From the NCBI GenBank assembly GCA_040752695.1, contig JBFMGO010000013.1, forward strand, positions 1 to 64,000: a stretch of DNA of 64,000 bases. Reading direction: 5' to 3'. Shown here piece by piece: positions 28,705-38,939 of the stretch. The first letter of the stretch is position 1. Each line of letters begins with the position of its first letter. The notes beneath the pieces were generated by a model, which worked only from the letters and a program-made list of their open reading frames with translations, had not been told where the DNA came from and searched no databases. This DNA is from a bacterium. Lineage in GTDB: Bacteria > SZUA-182 > DTGQ01. The position numbers and the translations under genes are program-made.

Positions 28705-30777
28705 ATGTTCTCCTTAACAAGCATGTTTTCTTTCCGGAATATCTCTATTAAGCGCAAGCTCAACCTGATTATCATTCTCACCAGTTGGGTTACTCTGCTG
28801 GCTGCCTCGATAGCTTTCATGGCTAAAGACATTGTTACCTTTCGCCAGACACTGACCAACGATATCTCCAGTCTGGCGCAGGTTATCGGAACAAACAGCT
28901 CCGGCGCACTCGTTTTTGACGATCAGCACGCAGCAGAAGAAAACCTGTCAGCCTTACATGCCAAACCACATGTATTCTTCGCCTGCATTTACGACAAGAA
29001 TGGTAAAGTATTTGCCACTTACTATCCTCGTAATCCTCACACCTCTCGTCAGGGCATACTGCCGCCAAAGCCGCAGAGAACAGGTCATTTCTTCGAAAAC
29101 AATTACCTCTTTTTATTTCAGCAAATCTTCCTTGAAGAAGAGATGATCGGAACGATTTTCATCCAATATGACCTGGAGGAGATCAGCTCTCGAATGAAAC
29201 AGTCTGGAGGTATCGTGGCCGGAATCATATCAGTGGCCTTTCTACTGGCTATGATGCTTTCATTTTTACTCCAGCGCATTATTTCCGAGCCGGTTTTAAA
29301 CCTGGCACGGACAGCAAGGACTATTTCACAGCATAAAGACTATTCGATCAGGGCACAAAAGCACAGTCAAGACGAAATAGGGACTCTCATTGACGGATTT
29401 AACAAGATGCTGGCTGAAATCCAGGTTCGGGATAATGAACTGGAGCGTCATAAGGAACACCTGGAAGAAGAGGTAGTCAAGCGCACAGCCGAGTTGGAAA
29501 GTCAGCGCAAGGAATTGCAGGATGCCTTAAGCCAGGCCGAACAACTGGCAATTAAGGCCGAAGCAGCCAACCGCGCCAAGAGCGAATTTCTGGCCAATAT
29601 GAGCCATGAAATCCGCACGCCGCTGAACGCTATCCTCGGTTTTACGGATTTGCTCGATTCTCTCATTGCTGATAAAAAGCAAAAAAACTATCTCGAAACA
29701 ATCAAATCGAGCGGGAAGAGCTTGTTAACGTTAATTAATGACATACTCGACCTCTCTAAAATCGAAGCAGGTAAAATGGAGCTTCGGTATGAGCCTGTCA
29801 ATCCCTATGCTATTTTTCATGAAATCAAGGATATCTTTTCCTTGAACATATCCCGGAAAGATCTTGCCTTTATCATGGACATTGCTCCTGATATTCCTGA
29901 AAGTCTCCTCCTGGATGATGTGCGCCTGAGACAAATCCTTTTTAATCTGGTGGGGAATGCTGTAAAATTTACTGAAATGGGACAAATAAAACTCTCGGCC
30001 AGGGGAATTATGCAACAAAATGACCAAAATAGTATCGATTTAATGATAGCGGTAGAAGATACTGGAATCGGAATCGACCCCGAATCCCATGATAAAATAT
30101 TCGAAGCATTCAAGCAGCAGGACGGTCAAGACAATAAGAGATATGGAGGGACCGGCCTGGGCCTGACCATCTCAAAACGGCTGGTTGAAATGATGGGGGG
30201 AACAATATCCGTTAAAAGCCAGGTAGCCAGGGGAAGTGTTTTTCAAATCATCCTGAAGAACGTACCGATCGCGACAACCGGCCGGAAGCATCAAACCGTT
30301 GAATGCTATCCGACCGGTGTAACCCATAAAGAAAAAGATAAAGCGTTTGACAGCGGTTATCTTCCCCTTGAAAAGGCAGGAGAAAGGGATGAGGGAAAAG
30401 AAACAACAGAGGAACCGGAAAAACTCCTGCCTGAAGTCCTGGCTAATTTCCCTGAAATCATAAATAAACTGGAAAATGAACAGATGGAATCATGGACAGC
30501 AGCCCGTCAAAACGGGCTCTTCGACGACATTGCTCTTTTCGGCAATCAGATAAGAAAATATGGTGATAAATATTCGATGAAGATTCTTCAACAATTCGGC
30601 GATGATCTAACCTTGCAAGTGAGCACTTTCGATATTGAAAAGATGATGGCCACCCTAAATTCCTATCCGGGATTGGTCGCCAAAATCAAATTATTATATC
30701 AGGAACAAAGTCAAGAACAGACTCAGGGACAAACTCAGGAACAAACTCGATTAAAAACTCAAGGAGAAAAGCAATGA
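28705..30777 (+). CDS. Membrane sensor histidine kinase (periplasmic CHASE-type sensor, HAMP, HisKA, HATPase)
   Basis: Two TM segments; [64 protein letters not shown] 28705 has SD AAGGAG. Confidence 0.93.
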   Translation: MFSLTSMFSFRNISIKRKLNLIIILTSWVTLLAASIAFMAKDIVTFRQTLTNDISSLAQVIGTNSSGALVFDDQHAAEENLSALHAKPHVFFACIYDKNGKVFATYYPRNPHTSRQGILPPKPQRTGHFFENNYLFLFQQIFLEEEMIGTIFIQYDLEEISSRMKQSGGIVAGIISVAFLLAMMLSFLLQRIISEPVLNLARTARTISQHKDYSIRAQKHSQDEIGTLIDGFNKMLAEIQVRDNELERHKEHLEEEVVKRTAELESQRKELQDALSQAEQLAIKAEAANRAKSEFLANMSHEIRTPLNAILGFTDLLDSLIADKKQKNYLETIKSSGKSLLTLINDILDLSKIEAGKMELRYEPVNPYAIFHEIKDIFSLNISRKDLAFIMDIAPDIPESLLLDDVRLRQILFNLVGNAVKFTEMGQIKLSARGIMQQNDQNSIDLMIAVEDTGIGIDPESHDKIFEAFKQQDGQDNKRYGGTGLGLTISKRLVEMMGGTISVKSQVARGSVFQIILKNVPIATTGRKHQTVECYPTGVTHKEKDKAFDSGYLPLEKAGERDEGKETTEEPEKLLPEVLANFPEIINKLENEQMESWTAARQNGLFDDIALFGNQIRKYGDKYSMKILQQFGDDLTLQVSTFDIEKMMATLNSYPGLVAKIKLLYQEQSQEQTQGQTQEQTRLKTQGEKQ

Positions 30778-32096
30778 TCAAGGATAACAAAATAAATTCC
30801 AGAATCTTGATCGTTGATGACGTTCCCCAGAATATCCAGGTACTGGCCAATATATTAAAGGAAGCAGGCTATCAGATGGGATTTGCCAAGGACGCCAAAA
30901 CTGCCCTTGCTCATGTTGAATCTACGCAATTCGACTTGATTCTCCTTGATATCATGATGCCGGAAGTCGATGGCTATGAAGTATGCAACCGTTTGAAAAA
31001 GGATCAAAGAAAGAAGGACATTCCGGTTATCTTTATTACAGCGAAGGGAGAAACAGCGGACAAGACCAGAGGGTTCGAACTCGGAGCAGTAGATTACATT
31101 ACCAAACCCTTTGACGTTCAAGAGGTTCTGGCACGGGTCAAAACCCATTTAACCATACGTAATTACGCAACAAAACTGGAGCAGATGGTTGAAGAACGAA
31201 CCGGTCAGCTCATTCATGCAGATCGGCTGGCTACTCTGGGCACGTTTTCTGCCGCCATCGTCCATGAAATAAATAATCCATTATCCCATATTATGGGGAA
31301 TGCCAAGCTCTTAAAGCTCCTGTGGGACTCTTTACGGTCAACTATAGAAATGCATATCGATAAAGATGACGCCGCTCAGGAGACTGAAGACGGAAACGCC
31401 ATGAATGGGAATCTCATGAATGGGAACGCGATGGATGCGAATGCTATTGATAGGAATGCTATGGATGGGAATGCGACAGGAAAAAATGCCATAGCTTGTA
31501 AGGAGGTAAATGATAAGGACTTGATTCACAAAGACATACATGGGGTGGATGAAGCATTGAAAAGCCTTCTGAATGGCTGCTATCGCATATCCCGACTTGT
31601 ACACAGCCTGAGAACATATTCCAGGCAGAACAATAATACCAGTACCCCGAAGGGCAAATCCCTCCTGATCGATATCCTTCTCGACGCCCTCAGTGTCGTG
31701 GGTCATAAACTCAAGTTCAAGGGTGTAACCGTGGATGTGTCTGTTCCTCCGGAGTTAACGATCTATTGCGATCAGCAAAAAATGTCGCAGGCCCTCATCA
31801 ACCTTATCGATAACGCCTGTGATGCTGTTCAAGAGCGCAGCGGAGCGATCACGGTCAGTGCAACCTCCGTGAATGATCAGATCGATGTGAAGATCGCTGA
31901 TAATGGCCCTGGCATACCCGATGAAATAGCTGATAAGATCTTTGATCCTTTTTTTACCACGAAAAATAATAATGAAGGAACCGGACTCGGACTTTTTATC
32001 GTCAGGAATATTATTGAGGGACATCAGGGAAAGATTTCATTATCCCCTTTTGATGGAAAAGGGACCGAATTTCATATCGTCTTGCCTTCCACCTGA
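30774..32096 (+). CDS. Hybrid response regulator-histidine kinase (REC-HisKA-HATPase)
   Basis: [51 protein letters not shown]. Confidence 0.93.
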   Translation: MIKDNKINSRILIVDDVPQNIQVLANILKEAGYQMGFAKDAKTALAHVESTQFDLILLDIMMPEVDGYEVCNRLKKDQRKKDIPVIFITAKGETADKTRGFELGAVDYITKPFDVQEVLARVKTHLTIRNYATKLEQMVEERTGQLIHADRLATLGTFSAAIVHEINNPLSHIMGNAKLLKLLWDSLRSTIEMHIDKDDAAQETEDGNAMNGNLMNGNAMDANAIDRNAMDGNATGKNAIACKEVNDKDLIHKDIHGVDEALKSLLNGCYRISRLVHSLRTYSRQNNNTSTPKGKSLLIDILLDALSVVGHKLKFKGVTVDVSVPPELTIYCDQQKMSQALINLIDNACDAVQERSGAITVSATSVNDQIDVKIADNGPGIPDEIADKIFDPFFTTKNNNEGTGLGLFIVRNIIEGHQGKISLSPFDGKGTEFHIVLPST

Positions 32097-32183
32097 TCAC
32101 ACTGGGTGTGAGGACAATAGCCGACTGGCTGCGTATTGAGTGCGATGTTGACTCAGTGCGCCTCAAGGAGAGGCCCGCAATGG

Positions 32184-34853
32184 TCAATTTTTTTTTCTTC
32201 TTCCTGGCTCCATTATCTCTCTCAAAGTGAGAAGCAGGTCAGGCAGAGCATAAGGTTTTTGAAGAAATCGAAAACCCTTTTTTTTGATAACAGGCCATTG
32301 TGATTTATAGTCAGTATAGCCACTCATCAGGAGAATCTTCAGTTCAGGTTGGCGCAAAAGGAGCTTATCGACTAATTCGAGCCCGTTTTGATCGGGCAGC
32401 ACCACATCACTGACTATCAGGTGAAACGTGCCTTTTTCCTGCTCAAAGATATCCAGTGCCTCCTGTGCAGTTGAAGCCTCGTTCACCCTATAGTGATTTT
32501 TTCGAAGCATTCTTACCGTCAATTTACGAACCTCTTCTTCATCTTCCACCACTAAAATCCGCTCACCCTTACCCTGAAGATCCTTGAGAGAAATTTCCTC
32601 TTTTGTCTCCCTTTCTGTCATGGCCCTGAGAAGGGCGGGCAGGTAAATCTTAAATACTGATCCTTTCCCCGGGCTGCTGAAAACATTGATCCAACCCTCA
32701 TGCTGCCTGACAATGCCGTAGACCACCGATAAGCCAAGACCGGTCCCCCTTCCGGCCCCCTTGGTGGTGAAGAAGGGTTCAAAGATCCGTTCAGTGGTCT
32801 TCGCATCCATACCGCATCCCGTATCCGCAATTGCGATGCAGACAAACCGGCCAGGTCGTGCCTCGGAAATGCCTTGAGAATCATCTGCATTCAGGATTAC
32901 GTTTTCCGTTTTTATCGTAAGCTGACCCCCTTGAGGCATTGCATCTCTGGCATTGACCGCAAGATTCATAATAACCTGCTCGATGGTTCCCGCATCAGCC
33001 AGAATTGGCCAGATGTGAGGCGCAAATTCAACAGTGATGGTAATGTCCTCGCCAATGAGGCGATAGAGCATCTTGAGCAGATTATCGATAAGATCTCTCA
33101 CATTAACGGAAGACGGCTCCATTGGCTGCTTGCGGCTGAAAAGGAGTAATTGCCGGGTAAGATTAGCTGCCCGGCCAGCCGCCTGCCTTACCTGGTTAAG
33201 ATCCCTGGATGCAGGATCCGAGTCAGGTATACCCATCATTGCCAGAGTGGTATATCCCTGGATAGTGGTCAAAAGATTATTGAAATCATGGGCTATACCT
33301 CCAGCCAGGATGCCAATGGCTTCCATCTTTTGAGACTGAAGGAGTTGGGCCTGGATTTTGGCTTTCTCCTCCTCTGCCCGCTTACGCTCGGTAATATCGC
33401 GGATAACTAGCATATCAGCAGGTCGTTCGTTGTAACGGATGATAGCGGCTGATAATTCTACATTCTTTATCGTGCCATCCTTACACAGAAATTTTGTCTC
33501 ATAGAAAGAAGGAACCTTTCTCCCTGAAAGGCGCATTTCGTACCTTTTGCCGACCATGTCTCTGTCTTCAGGAGCGACAAGGTCCAAAAGAGATCTGCCG
33601 AGCAATTCTTCGGTTGTATAGCAGGTAATTTCTGCCATGGCCTTATTGACAAACTGATAAATCTCATCCTGTACTACAGCCACCCCATCTTTAGCCCGCT
33701 CGACAAGCGTTGAATATTTCGCCTCCGATTCTTTCAATAATTCCTCGGCCAGCTTGCGCTCGGTGATATCACGGGCAATCCAGACAATCCCGGCTATATT
33801 TGCCTCCTCGTCTCGCAAAATGGAAGTCGAGAGGCTGGCTGGAATCTGGGCTCCGTCTTTTGCCCTGAGGGTAAGATAAAAATTCTTGAGTTCCCTTCCG
33901 TTCATCATTTCCCTTAAGTACCTGTTTTGCACCTGTTCCTGGGGGAGAAGAATAGTCAGTGGTTTGCCCTTGAGCTGATGTTCGGAATATCCCAGCACGT
34001 TGAGACATGCCTCATTGGCAAGTTGCATGGTTCCTTTCGGGTCCAGCAGAATAAAGCAGTCACTCATGGTGGAAATAATATTTTCGGCTGCCGTGACCAG
34101 GTTGACGGTAAAAAGTTTGTACTTGGCGATCGCATAGACCAGGCCAGCCGCCCAGAGCAGGATAAAATTAACCGCCATTGCCTGAACGACATGAATTCCT
34201 AACTGCGGAAGGAAAAAATCGGTCATCGCCCCAAAAGTGAAGGCGATAGCTTTCGTCGTCAGGATAATCGTGGCATTTTTTTTCTTGATTGCAGATTTCG
34301 TTTTACTGCGAAAATCAATCAGCAGGTAAAATGTCACTGCATTAGCTGAAAAAAAATAAAAAGTAAAGAGGTCTGCCCATATTGAATGTGCCCAGACTAT
34401 CGTCCAGCCGTAGCTCACCTTCAATACATCTTCTATAATTGCATGATAGTTCCACTGAAAATAAATGAATAAAAGAGGGAAAAAGAAGTTAACGATATAG
34501 AATATCTTTTTCTCTGCTATGGCTTCTCTTTCTGTAAAAATAAGATAAAACCAGGTGGTAAGACTGGTAAATCCTCCCGCAGAAAAGAAGCAAATGTCAA
34601 TAAAAAACATTGCTACATCCTTGGGGATATAGTGATTATGGATGAATATAAAGCAAAAGCTCCAGAGGCCAAAACAGCCGATAACAGTCGAACTCACCCT
34701 GTTGAGCAAGGACCCTGGATTTTTTCCTAATACATAAATCGCCAGGGATATATAGATGAGAAAACTGAGAATGTTAATAAGTGTCATTAAGACCATGACG
34801 TAACTCTTTAATCCATCAAAATGAACATAATTAGGAATCTCTATCACCGTCAT
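32184..34853 (-). CDS. Hybrid histidine kinase: N-terminal 7TM region, 2 PAS/PAC, HisKA, HATPase, REC
   Basis: About 7 hydrophobic segments; RDITERK twice; GGIAHDFNNLL; NLAVNARDAM; GTGLGL; C-terminal receiver VVEDE...SDVVLP. Confidence 0.93.
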   Translation of the reverse strand: MTVIEIPNYVHFDGLKSYVMVLMTLINILSFLIYISLAIYVLGKNPGSLLNRVSSTVIGCFGLWSFCFIFIHNHYIPKDVAMFFIDICFFSAGGFTSLTTWFYLIFTEREAIAEKKIFYIVNFFFPLLFIYFQWNYHAIIEDVLKVSYGWTIVWAHSIWADLFTFYFFSANAVTFYLLIDFRSKTKSAIKKKNATIILTTKAIAFTFGAMTDFFLPQLGIHVVQAMAVNFILLWAAGLVYAIAKYKLFTVNLVTAAENIISTMSDCFILLDPKGTMQLANEACLNVLGYSEHQLKGKPLTILLPQEQVQNRYLREMMNGRELKNFYLTLRAKDGAQIPASLSTSILRDEEANIAGIVWIARDITERKLAEELLKESEAKYSTLVERAKDGVAVVQDEIYQFVNKAMAEITCYTTEELLGRSLLDLVAPEDRDMVGKRYEMRLSGRKVPSFYETKFLCKDGTIKNVELSAAIIRYNERPADMLVIRDITERKRAEEEKAKIQAQLLQSQKMEAIGILAGGIAHDFNNLLTTIQGYTTLAMMGIPDSDPASRDLNQVRQAAGRAANLTRQLLLFSRKQPMEPSSVNVRDLIDNLLKMLYRLIGEDITITVEFAPHIWPILADAGTIEQVIMNLAVNARDAMPQGGQLTIKTENVILNADDSQGISEARPGRFVCIAIADTGCGMDAKTTERIFEPFFTTKGAGRGTGLGLSVVYGIVRQHEGWINVFSSPGKGSVFKIYLPALLRAMTERETKEEISLKDLQGKGERILVVEDEEEVRKLTVRMLRKNHYRVNEASTAQEALDIFEQEKGTFHLIVSDVVLPDQNGLELVDKLLLRQPELKILLMSGYTDYKSQWPVIKKKGFRFLQKPYALPDLLLTLREIMEPGRRKKN

Positions 34854-35559
34854 GCACAGGGCAAAGTATGAGCGCTATAAAATAATTATTAAATACTATT
34901 GTTCTATATACAGTGTATCATTGCCCAATCTTTTTATCATATCATAATTTTATGTTTTTATCAATCTCAAGGCATTAAAGTATCAGTAAAGTAAAACTTT
35001 TTACCTTTCCCCTCGGCTTTTCCATTCATCTTTCTCACTACCGGACACTTTTTATGATCGATACGTAATCGATATATCGAGATAATCGATGTGGGCTAAA
35101 AACAGCCGTAATAATCTGCCCATTGATCTATCATTGATTTATCGAGCCGAATCCTCTCATTATCCTCTCATTGCATTTTGCTCCATTTAGCGATAAAATA
35201 GAGGCGAAAAAGGTTAAATCAAAATCAACAATAAGGCTAAATTATAATTATTTGGCTGCGGCAGCGTTCTTGCTTGATTATTGAATCTCGATGCCGCACT
35301 CCCTTAGGGCTTCAAGATTCAGGGGTATCGCTGTGCGCCGGTTCCACGCTTCGCTCGGAAAGACACCGCTCACCCGCTGACAACCCGTATCACTCAATAC
35401 AGGGCGCGGGAGTTGCCCCGCGCCAGTTATCGGAATGAGACCAGGTGTCGAAAATCTCCCCCTGAATCCCCTTTACGAAAGAAGGATGGCCACAGGCAGG
35501 GATACCCCCCCGGCAGCTTCCCGCATGCTATACTAACAATCTCGTGAGGAGGACAATGA

Positions 35560-36054
35560 ATGTCGGATAAACCATATGTCGGAATCGTGATGGGCAGTGA
35601 TTCGGACCTACCCATCATGTCGGAGGCGGCCAAGATGCTGGATAAGTTTGGCGTGGAGTATAGGATCGATATCCTCTCCGCCCACAGGACCCCGCAGAAA
35701 ACCGCTGAGTACGCCCAAAACGCAATTGATAAGGGAATCGGAGTTATTATCGCCGGTGCAGGAGGAGCGGCCCACCTGGCCGGGAACCTGGCTGCCTGGA
35801 CCGTGCTGCCTGTCCTTGGGGTACCCATTGCATCCTCTTCATTGCAGGGACTGGATGCGCTTTTGGCAACAGTGCAGATGCCCGCAGGGGTGCCGGTAGC
35901 CACCCTGGCCATTGGAAAAGCAGGGGCAAAGAATGCGGCCATCCTGGCTGTTCAGATACTCTCGCTCCAGTTTCACGAATTGCGGCTGAAGCTGATCCAT
36001 TTCAAAAAAGAAATGGAAGAGGAGATAGAGCAAAAGAATGCAGCGCTTTCATAA
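35560..36054 (+). CDS. purE: N5-CAIR mutase
   Basis: MGSDSD, SAHRTP, IAGAGGAAHL, PVLGVP, GLDALL-x-x-VQMP-x-GVPVAT, NAA; SD GAGGAGG. Confidence 0.97.
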   Translation: MSDKPYVGIVMGSDSDLPIMSEAAKMLDKFGVEYRIDILSAHRTPQKTAEYAQNAIDKGIGVIIAGAGGAAHLAGNLAAWTVLPVLGVPIASSSLQGLDALLATVQMPAGVPVATLAIGKAGAKNAAILAVQILSLQFHELRLKLIHFKKEMEEEIEQKNAALS

Positions 36055-36919
36055 TAACTCCGCAGATAGCGCCTTTCATAATACCGCCGACCGTACCTTT
36101 GATAGTGCCTCCGATAACTCTCACTCTCATGGCATTTCTCCTGATGCTTCCCATGATGTTTCTCCTGATGCTTCCCATGACGTTTCTGCTGATGCCTCCC
36201 ATGATGTTCCTCACAATGATAATGCCTCTTTTAGAGCTTCTGCCCGTGCTGCCGGCAGTTTCTCCAGCCAGGTTATCGGGGTTGATTTTCGACATCCCGG
36301 CCAGCCGGAGGCCGGGGCTATTCAAAGGGCAGCGGAAGTGGTCAAAAGGGGCGGTCTTTTGATCTTTCCCACGGATACGGTCTATGGGTTGGGATGCAGT
36401 GCTTTTCATGAACCTGCCCTTGAGCGGATCTTCTCCCTGAAGGAGCGGCCTTTAGGAAAACCATTGCCTGTCCTGGTGAGCGGCCTTGAGCAACTGACCT
36501 GTCTGATTCGCGGTCCGGTTTCTCCTCTGGCCAAAAAAGTTATCCGGGAATTCTGGCCCGGAGCCCTGACTCTTATCTTCCCGGCCAGCGATCGAATCCC
36601 TGACCTGATTACCGCAGGGACTAAAACAATCGGGGTGCGGATGCCAGGGTGTCAATCGATCCTTGACCTGATCACCTTAACCCGGCTTCCCCTGGCTGCT
36701 ACCAGCGTGAACATATCCGGAATGCCGGTGGTGCAGGAAATGAGCCGCCTGATAGCCGAATGGGCGCCGAAAGTCGATCTGATCCTGGTCGGAGGAACTG
36801 GGGGAATTGCCTCCACTGTCATTGATCTTACGGTACATCCACCGAAGCTGTTGAGAGAAGGAGCCATCAGTGCCAAAAAACTGCAACGATATCTCAGCCC
36901 CGACCCTGGCCCGGATTAA
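36038..36919 (+). CDS. tsaC: L-threonylcarbamoyladenylate synthase (TsaC/YrdC/Sua5) with repetitive N-terminal extension
   Basis: FPTDTVYGLGC, K-x-RP-x-x-KPL, FWPGALT, IGVRMP, ATSVNISG, ASTVID, LREGAI. Confidence 0.9.
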   Translation: MQRFHNNSADSAFHNTADRTFDSASDNSHSHGISPDASHDVSPDASHDVSADASHDVPHNDNASFRASARAAGSFSSQVIGVDFRHPGQPEAGAIQRAAEVVKRGGLLIFPTDTVYGLGCSAFHEPALERIFSLKERPLGKPLPVLVSGLEQLTCLIRGPVSPLAKKVIREFWPGALTLIFPASDRIPDLITAGTKTIGVRMPGCQSILDLITLTRLPLAATSVNISGMPVVQEMSRLIAEWAPKVDLILVGGTGGIASTVIDLTVHPPKLLREGAISAKKLQRYLSPDPGPD

Positions 36920-38714
36920 AAGGCAACTGACCGAATCACGGGTTCTTCTCAAGATCTGCACCCTTCTTGAAGAAATGGACCTGTCCGGCTACCTGATCGG
37001 GGGGACTATCCGCGACCTTGTTCTGGATCGTCCGGTCAAGGATATCGATATTGCCATTAACACCAACCCGGAATATTTCCTCAAGAGGCTGTCCAGAAAA
37101 GTTGCCGGACACTCGATATGCCTGGATAGAAAATTTTTCACCTTCCGGTTCATGCCAAAAGGCCAGAGTCTGATTTTTGAGCAGGGGCAGAAAGGTCAGG
37201 CCAGTGAGCAATGCCGGACAAAAAGGGGGCAGCAAACTCAGGACCAGCATCAGACTGAAAATCAGCACCAGGGCGAAAATCAGCACCAGTACTGGTTTGA
37301 TTTCACACCTCTTAAAGGGGATTCCATTGCCATGGATCTGCTCAAAAGAGACTTTACCATCAACGCCATGGCCATTGATCTTGAGGACCTCCTTACCCCC
37401 GATGCACCCTTGCGCCTGATCGATCCCCTTGGCGGAATCCGCGATCTGGCCAAAAGGACCATACGGGCAATTTCCGAAGAGGCATTGAGCACTGACCCTT
37501 TAAGGATACTCAGGGCTTACCGGCTGGCAGGGCAATTGGAATTCGGGATCGAGGAGAAAACCAGGCAGCTTATCCACCGTGACGGTAATCTGGTCAAAAA
37601 CACGGCACCTGAGAGAATCCGGGAAGAACTGTTTCTGGTTCTTTCTCTGGGAAAGAGCAGTTCTACCTTCAGGCTGCTTCAGCAAAACGGCCTCTTTCCT
37701 ATCCTCTTCTCTCCTGATTTGCCAGAATTGCCGCAGAGAGAATCATCACCCGATGTTCCTGCCACAGCATGGTCCGCTGCCCTTCACACCCTGACCGTGG
37801 CCGAGGAAGTCCTCTCGAACCTGCCGATTGGCGATCCTGACTGCCTCCGGACAATTCAGGATATGCTCTCACAAACCGCAGGCCATCAAACAACCTATCG
37901 ATCCCTCCTGAAACTGGCCGCCTTCCTCTCTGCCCTCCCTCAGGTGTGGACTCAAGGTCGGGCTCCGGCACGAACTCAAGGGCAGCAGGCAGGAGAGAAT
38001 CAGCCGGGGGTTAATCAGGCTGAAGTGAATCAGGCGGGTATGAAACAAAAAGGTGAGAAACAGCAGGGAGTGAAACAGACCGGGAAGAACGTGAATTGGT
38101 TCGACTCGTTCATGAGGTGGCTGTGCCTCAGTACTCCCCAGCGCAAATACGCCACAGCCTGTATTCAGGGAATGCAAAGAGCATTTGAGATGATCCGAAA
38201 CTGCCACTGCACCCCCAGGTATTTCTACCGCTTTTTTCGTGATTATGGTGAGGCAGGCATTGGCGCTTTGATCCTCAGTATGGCCCACCTGAAAGCTGCA
38301 CGTGAAGCTGCTGCCGGAGGGGCTGGCGGCTGGCCTATCCCCCCTCCTGATATGGTGAGTGACATGATGAGCGTCCTGAACGCATGGTATGCCCCGGATG
38401 CCCTGACTGGGCCGGATGCCTTGACTGAGCCGGATGCCTTGGCCACTGCCCTGGATGCCTTGACTGACCTTTTTACCCAAATGATACGCTTTTACCATGA
38501 CTGGCAGAAAAGCAGACAAAAACCCCTTGTGGATGGAAAATTCCTCCTTGACCATTTTCACCTTTCTCCAGGCCCTGTCATCGGCGATATCCTCAATCTT
38601 CTGGAAGAGGCCAGGGCTGAAGGGGAAATCCAAACCAGGGAGGAGGCCATAGAACTGGCCAGACGGTTTTTTCAGGCAGCAGATGGCTCTATCCATGCGT
38701 GCCCAAAACTATAG
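36870..38714 (+). CDS. Class II tRNA nucleotidyltransferase / poly(A) polymerase family, probably CC-adding type
   Basis: GGTIRD...DIDI, DLLKRDFTINAMA, IDPLGG-x-x-DL, DPLRILRAYR, ERIREEL, PGP-x-IG. Start codon uncertain. Confidence 0.88.
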   Translation: MPKNCNDISAPTLARIKRQLTESRVLLKICTLLEEMDLSGYLIGGTIRDLVLDRPVKDIDIAINTNPEYFLKRLSRKVAGHSICLDRKFFTFRFMPKGQSLIFEQGQKGQASEQCRTKRGQQTQDQHQTENQHQGENQHQYWFDFTPLKGDSIAMDLLKRDFTINAMAIDLEDLLTPDAPLRLIDPLGGIRDLAKRTIRAISEEALSTDPLRILRAYRLAGQLEFGIEEKTRQLIHRDGNLVKNTAPERIREELFLVLSLGKSSSTFRLLQQNGLFPILFSPDLPELPQRESSPDVPATAWSAALHTLTVAEEVLSNLPIGDPDCLRTIQDMLSQTAGHQTTYRSLLKLAAFLSALPQVWTQGRAPARTQGQQAGENQPGVNQAEVNQAGMKQKGEKQQGVKQTGKNVNWFDSFMRWLCLSTPQRKYATACIQGMQRAFEMIRNCHCTPRYFYRFFRDYGEAGIGALILSMAHLKAAREAAAGGAGGWPIPPPDMVSDMMSVLNAWYAPDALTGPDALTEPDALATALDALTDLFTQMIRFYHDWQKSRQKPLVDGKFLLDHFHLSPGPVIGDILNLLEEARAEGEIQTREEAIELARRFFQAADGSIHACPKL

Positions 38715-38939
38715 CTAAAGAGTCCACCAATTTTGTAACCGCCCTTGTCGGACTTTTTTCATTGCTATAGCCTTTGGCATCTCTTATCTACCTTCCCTTC
38801 TTATCGATGATAGTTATTACCTCTTCTATACTATTATTTTTAGCAGTGCAAAAGTCGAGCCCGTAATTTTAACCTTGCCGCCTGCTCTTATTTTCTGATA
38901 TGATACGAACCGGAAAAAATTCCTGAAGGGAGCATTCTA

